Shown here piece by piece: positions 27,239 through 31,227 of a DNA stretch of 31,227 nucleotides (within the stretch, counting starts at the first letter, position 1; the number at the start of each line of letters is the position of its first letter). Source of the stretch: an uncultured Acidimicrobiales bacterium (lineage in GTDB: Bacteria; Actinomycetota; Acidimicrobiia; Acidimicrobiales; Ilumatobacteraceae); NCBI GenBank assembly GCA_964616935.1, contig CAZTVJ010000570.1, forward strand, positions 1-31,227. Reading direction: 5' to 3'. A model generated the notes under the pieces. That model ran no database searches. It worked only from the letters and a program-made list of their open reading frames with translations, and was not told where the DNA came from. The translations under genes and the position numbers were made by a program.

Positions 27239-28105
27239 CTACTTGGCGTGGTAGTCGTAGAAGCCGCGCCCCGCCTTGCGGCCGAGCAGGCCGGCCTCCA
27301 CCATGCGCGAGAGCAGGGGCGGCGCAGCGTAGAGCGGCTCCTTGAACTCGGTGTAGAGCGAATCGGCGACTGCCATGGTGGTGTCGAGACCGATGAGGTC
27401 CGCGAGCCGCAGCGGGCCCATGGGATGGTTGCAGCCCTCCACCATGCCCGTGTCGATGTCGTCGGGCGAGGCGAAGCCCGACTCCAGCATGCGGATGGCC
27501 GACAGGATGTAGGGGATCAGCAGCGCATTGACGATGAACCCGGCGCGGTCCTGGCTTCGGATCACCCGCTTGTGCAAGGTGTCGGCGGCGAAGGCATCGG
27601 CCCGCGCTGTCGTGTCCGGACCGGTCAGCAGGGAGGTGACCAGCTCGACGAGGCGCAGCACCGGGACCGGGTTGAAGAAGTGGATGCCGATGACCTGCTC
27701 AGGGCGCTGCGTGGCCATGCCGAGCTTCATGATCGGGATGGAGCTGGTGTTGGAAGCCAGGATGGCGTCGCTGGCCACCACGACCTTGTCGAGGGCCGTG
27801 AACACCTCGGTCTTCAGCCCTTCGTCCTCGACCACCGCCTCGACCACGAGCTGGCGGTCGGCGAGGTCACCCAGGTCGGTGGTGTAGCGCAGGCGCGCCA
27901 CGGCGGCGTCCCGCTCCTCCTCGGCCAGCTTGCCGGCCCGGACTCCACGGTCGAGCGAGCCGGTCAGCCGGGCCATGCCGGCCTCTACGGCGGCGATGTC
28001 CACCTCACGCACGATCACGTCGAGACCGGCCCGGGCGCACACCTCGGCGATGCCCGACCCCATGAGCCCGCATCCGACCACGCCCACCCGCTCGATGGTC
28101 GTCAT
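27239..28105 (-). CDS. 3-hydroxybutyryl-CoA dehydrogenase (FadB2/Hbd-like)
   Basis: GVVGCGLMGSGIA, EAVVE, ASNTSSIPI, GIHFFNPVP, GFIVNALL, HPMGPLRLADLIGLD, GRKAGRGFY. Confidence 0.93.
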   Translation of the reverse strand: MTTIERVGVVGCGLMGSGIAEVCARAGLDVIVREVDIAAVEAGMARLTGSLDRGVRAGKLAEEERDAAVARLRYTTDLGDLADRQLVVEAVVEDEGLKTEVFTALDKVVVASDAILASNTSSIPIMKLGMATQRPEQVIGIHFFNPVPVLRLVELVTSLLTGPDTTARADAFAADTLHKRVIRSQDRAGFIVNALLIPYILSAIRMLESGFASPDDIDTGMVEGCNHPMGPLRLADLIGLDTTMAVADSLYTEFKEPLYAAPPLLSRMVEAGLLGRKAGRGFYDYHAK

Positions 28106-28139
28106 GCGTCCACGCTCCTCCCTGATTCAGCCGCGCCGA

Positions 28140-28187
28140 GCGAAGCGCCAGCGACGAGGCGCACGCGGCGCGAAGCGCAGCGGACGA
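28140..28187. repeat. Imperfect direct repeat GCGAAGCGC(C)AGCG(G)ACGA, two copies 30 nt apart
   Basis: 28140-28157 and 28170-28187, in the P450-hbd intergenic gap. Confidence 0.5.
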
Positions 28188-28199
28188 CGAACCCGCCAG

Positions 28200-29450
28200 T
28201 CAGCACGTGAATTCGATCTCCAGGCGCTTCAGGCCCCGCAGCACGAAGCTGGGGTGGTACTCGAGCGTGTTCCCGTCGGCCAGGCGAAGATCGCCGAGGC
28301 GGGTACCGAGGCGTTCGAAGGCCACCTGCATCTCCAAGCGCGAAAGCGGCGCACCGATGCAGAAGTGGATGCCCTTGCCGAAGGCCAGGTGCTCCTTGAG
28401 GTTGCTCCGCCCCGGGTCGAACGAGTCGGGCTCGGGAAACACCGACGGGTCCCGGTTCGCCGCCGAGTACATCACGATCAGGCGAGCACCCTTCGGCAGC
28501 GCAACCCCCTCGATCTCGGTGTCGCGGGTGACCATGCGGAACATGCCCTGCGTCGGTGTCGAAAGGCGCAGCACCTCCTCGGTGACTGCGGCCGCTCGCC
28601 CCGCGGGGTCGGCCTTCAACTTGGCCCACTCCTGCGGGTCGCCGGCCAGCAGCATCATGCCCTCGGTGAGCGCCTTCGTCGTCGTCTCGTTGCCGGCGAC
28701 GAGAAGCTGCTGCACGATCGAGAGCATCTCGTTCATCTCGAGCGGCCGCTTCGTGCCCTCGTCGGTGTCGATGCGGGCCTGCCCGAGGTCGGACATCAGA
28801 TCGCCCACGGGGTTCGCCCTGCGGTCTTCGAGCTGCGCGGCGAAGTACTGCTGGAACTCGAGAATGCCGTACTGCGCCTCGATGCGGCGCTCGTCCGTGA
28901 TGACGGCCCCGATCGACGCGATGGAGTCGTCGGACCAGCGCTTGAAGTCCGCCATCTTCTCGGTGGGGACGTTCAGCACGTGGGCGATGGCCTCGATCGG
29001 CAGCGGCACGCCGAAGCGCTCGACGAACTCGATGTGGCCCTCGTCGATCCATCCGTCGATCAACCGGTCGACGATGATCTCGATCGGCTCGCGCAGGGCC
29101 GCGATGGGGCGCGGCGTGAAGTACGGGGCAACCGTGCCGCGATAGCGGGTGTGCCACGGCGGGTCGATGGTGAGCATCGTGCCGACCGGTGGCCAGCCCT
29201 GGCGGATGATCTCCTTCAGCTTGTCGACGACGGGGCCCTTCGGCATCTCACCGGTCACGAAGTTGTTCGAGAACGTGGCGGTGTCCCGCAGGATCGGCAC
29301 CACCAGGTCGTGGCGGGTGACGAGATAGATGTCGGTGCCCGGCACATGGAACACCGGCACCTCGTCGCGCATGGCCGCGTAGTACTGGTGTGGGCACTGC
29401 TGCACCTCGGCGTCGAAGGGGTTGAAGCCCTCCAGGGTGATCTCCGACAT
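28200..29450 (-). CDS. Cytochrome P450
   Basis: MLTIDPPWHTRYR, I-helix LLVAGNETT, ExxR (EVLR), AANRDP, heme motif FGKGIHFCIG. Confidence 0.96.
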   Translation of the reverse strand: MSEITLEGFNPFDAEVQQCPHQYYAAMRDEVPVFHVPGTDIYLVTRHDLVVPILRDTATFSNNFVTGEMPKGPVVDKLKEIIRQGWPPVGTMLTIDPPWHTRYRGTVAPYFTPRPIAALREPIEIIVDRLIDGWIDEGHIEFVERFGVPLPIEAIAHVLNVPTEKMADFKRWSDDSIASIGAVITDERRIEAQYGILEFQQYFAAQLEDRRANPVGDLMSDLGQARIDTDEGTKRPLEMNEMLSIVQQLLVAGNETTTKALTEGMMLLAGDPQEWAKLKADPAGRAAAVTEEVLRLSTPTQGMFRMVTRDTEIEGVALPKGARLIVMYSAANRDPSVFPEPDSFDPGRSNLKEHLAFGKGIHFCIGAPLSRLEMQVAFERLGTRLGDLRLADGNTLEYHPSFVLRGLKRLEIEFTC

Positions 29451-30265
29451 CAGGGCGTCTCCACGAGCTCGAGGTAGGCGTGATGGAAGTGCACGTAGCT
29501 CACGTCGCCGGTGTCCGGGAAGGCCTCCGGCGCCATCGCCTTCACCTTGGCCTTGTCCGGTGCGCCGAGGCGGAAGTGCGAGTACCCGACCTGGGCGAAC
29601 ACGTCGTCGGTCCAGCGGGGCTCGATGCGGCCACCGGTCTTGGGCGTGAGCAGCCCGATGGTGACCGGCGGATCCTGGCGGACGAGCAGGACTGCGTCAC
29701 CGAGGCCGTGGAAGTCGACCCCGCGCTCGGCCACCTGCAGGCCGAAGTGCTCGTCGTAGTCCTTCTCGATCACGTCCGCTTCGCCAGGATCGGTCCAGAT
29801 GAAGATGGCGTGGTTGTCGACGGGGTCGTCGCTCGACGGCACCAGCTCGTACACCTGGTGGTCGGGACCCCGGAACAGCACAGCGATGCCGTCGTCGTGC
29901 AGCAGCTCCACCAAGCCTTCGGCCTCCCATGCCCCCCACACCGCGCGGGGGTCGGGGTGCGGGAGGCGGAAGACGGTGTCGGCCACCCGGGGTGCCCCCG
30001 GGTCTGGTGCGAAGGTGGACGTGTACGACGTGAACGTGTCCTTCTCGACGTAGTCGACGTCGCTGCGCTCACCGCGGCGGTAGATGTACTGGCGGCCCAC
30101 ACCGGGGTACATGTTCGTGATCAGGAGCTCCATGCCGAACAGCTGGAGGAAGCGGTCCGTCCGCGCGAGCGACCCGGTGAACGGCACGTCGATCTGGACG
30201 GCGCCGTCGGGCGGCACGTCCTCGGGAAGGGTGGTGCCGAAGTGGGCGATGCTGGGCGTGGCCAT
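29450..30265 (-). CDS. Uncharacterised protein, probable two-domain VOC (glyoxalase/dioxygenase) fold
   Basis: VOC-like segments FRGPDHQVYELV, NHAIFIWTD...YDEHFGLQV, GYSHFRLGAPD, YVHFHHAYLELVE. Stop overlaps the P450 start (TGATG). Confidence 0.7.
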   Translation of the reverse strand: MATPSIAHFGTTLPEDVPPDGAVQIDVPFTGSLARTDRFLQLFGMELLITNMYPGVGRQYIYRRGERSDVDYVEKDTFTSYTSTFAPDPGAPRVADTVFRLPHPDPRAVWGAWEAEGLVELLHDDGIAVLFRGPDHQVYELVPSSDDPVDNHAIFIWTDPGEADVIEKDYDEHFGLQVAERGVDFHGLGDAVLLVRQDPPVTIGLLTPKTGGRIEPRWTDDVFAQVGYSHFRLGAPDKAKVKAMAPEAFPDTGDVSYVHFHHAYLELVETP

Positions 30266-30286
30266 GAGCTGGTTCCCCCTCGTGGG

Positions 30287-31099
30287 TCAGACGCCGGCTT
30301 CGGCGAGGAGCATACGGGTGCTGTCAGCGAGGCGGCGAGCCACATCCGACGCGGGCAGGAGGTCGAGATCGTCGTCGATCACCTCGACCGAGAGCGGTAC
30401 GGCGGCGGGCAGCTTCTGGAGGAAGGTGATGAGGTCGAACTCGCCGTCGCCCGGCACCTCGCGGTAGTGCAGGCAGTCGTTCAGGTAGTCCGGATCGACC
30501 GGGACCATCGGCCCGTCGTCGAACTGGACGACCACCACCCGCTCGGGCGGGATGTCGTCGAGCTGGCCGATGCCGGTACCCCGGAACACATGCCACGAGT
30601 CGACGCAGAGCCCGCCGTTGTCCGGGTTCCCGGCCGCCGCGATGATGGCGAGGGCGTCCGGTGCGTCCTTCACTGCGGTGAACGGAAGGAACTCCCAGGC
30701 GAGCCGGGCGCCGAAGGGAGCAGCCCGCTCGCACAGCGTGGCGAACCGCTCGCCGGCGGCTTCGACCGGCACCTCACCCTCGAACGGTGCGATCACCTGG
30801 ACGTGGGTCGGCCGGAAGGCTTCGACCATCTCGAACACGTCATCGACTCGGTCGTCGCCGAAGATGCGGAGCGCCTCCACCTCCAGCAGGCGGATGCCGT
30901 GGTCGTCGAGGACGCGTTGCATGGCGTCGATCGACCAGCCGTCGCGCACCATCGCTCGGAACCAGCCGACGTTCAGCCCGATCCCGTCGAAGCCCGCTTG
31001 GGCGGCCGCCGCCACGCGCTCGTCGAACCCGGCGTTGCGGAGGCTGAAGTGGCTGAGGATCAAGGTCCGCCTGTGATCTGACGCGACATCATCGGTCAT
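30287..31099 (-). CDS. Sugar phosphate isomerase/epimerase family (xylose isomerase-like / AP-endonuclease-2 TIM barrel)
   Basis: ERVAAAAQAGFDGIGL, LAWEFLPF, LCVDSWH, VQFDDG, PGDGEFD, SVEV metal-binding pattern. GAGGTG SD. Confidence 0.85.
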   Translation of the reverse strand: MTDDVASDHRRTLILSHFSLRNAGFDERVAAAAQAGFDGIGLNVGWFRAMVRDGWSIDAMQRVLDDHGIRLLEVEALRIFGDDRVDDVFEMVEAFRPTHVQVIAPFEGEVPVEAAGERFATLCERAAPFGARLAWEFLPFTAVKDAPDALAIIAAAGNPDNGGLCVDSWHVFRGTGIGQLDDIPPERVVVVQFDDGPMVPVDPDYLNDCLHYREVPGDGEFDLITFLQKLPAAVPLSVEVIDDDLDLLPASDVARRLADSTRMLLAEAGV

Positions 31100-31106
31100 G
31101 TGGAGG

Positions 31107-31226
31107 TCACCTCGCCTCAGATGGCTCGGGAGCGCGTCCCGGGGTGCGGCCGATCATGTCGAACTCGCGGTCGACGCCCTCGGCGCCACTGACCTTGATG
31201 CACCGGAAGCTGAACCGCCACCCGAC
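31107..31226 (-). CDS. 3' end of an upstream gene, possibly NTF2/SnoaL-like (truncated by window edge)
   Basis: Frame VGWRFSFRCIKVSGAEGVDREFDMIGRTPGRAPEPSEAR*. GWRF resembles the C-terminal strand of SnoaL-like proteins; only 39 aa visible. Confidence 0.4.
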   Translation of the reverse strand, partial: VGWRFSFRCIKVSGAEGVDREFDMIGRTPGRAPEPSEAR

Positions 31227-31227
31227 G

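Noticed and set aside
27930-31081. Long + strand ORFs (27930-29477, 29480-31081) and similar GC-rich overlapping ORFs throughout
   Set aside because: Antisense shadows of well-supported minus-strand genes with no recognisable motifs; expected at this GC level.

Overview
High-GC actinobacterial chromosome segment. An Acidimicrobiia-like origin is inferred from gene content and protein style. About 35 CDSs are tightly packed, mostly housekeeping or metabolic. In order: cbs-metB (reverse transsulfuration), WS/DGAT, rnhB, Cys-type selD divergent from an 8-oxoguanine-deaminase-family amidohydrolase, gpsA divergent from cofC plus a PIG-L deacetylase, a TIGR03084-like protein, HU, a GNAT, HIT, CMD/AhpD-like, lutABC, a polar amino acid ABC transporter, PIN-PhoH (PhoH2), SulP, a WhiB3-like regulator, a DEDDh exonuclease, pafBC (WYL pair), a stand-alone B12-binding mutase subunit, 3-hydroxybutyryl-CoA dehydrogenase, and a P450 / VOC / TIM-barrel / (NTF2-like, partial) cluster. 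No transposase, integrase, CRISPR array, tRNA or rRNA was recognised. Many genes look leaderless (TANNNT 6-8 nt before the start). Main observations: (1) At the locus syntenic with mycobacterial hupB / Streptomyces hupS, the HU fold and the PAKK histone-H1-like tail are two separate genes, next to a divergent Rv0802c-like acyltransferase. (2) A 107-bp nested foldback bounded by TA dinucleotides sits between selD and the deaminase; removing it recreates the same overlapping bidirectional leaderless promoter seen at gpsA/cofC. (3) A P450 is translationally coupled to an unannotated two-domain VOC protein with a candidate His/His/Glu metal triad. (4) RNase HII ends in a beta-clamp-like QxxLF motif. 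All family calls come from motif recognition by eye; no database search was run.
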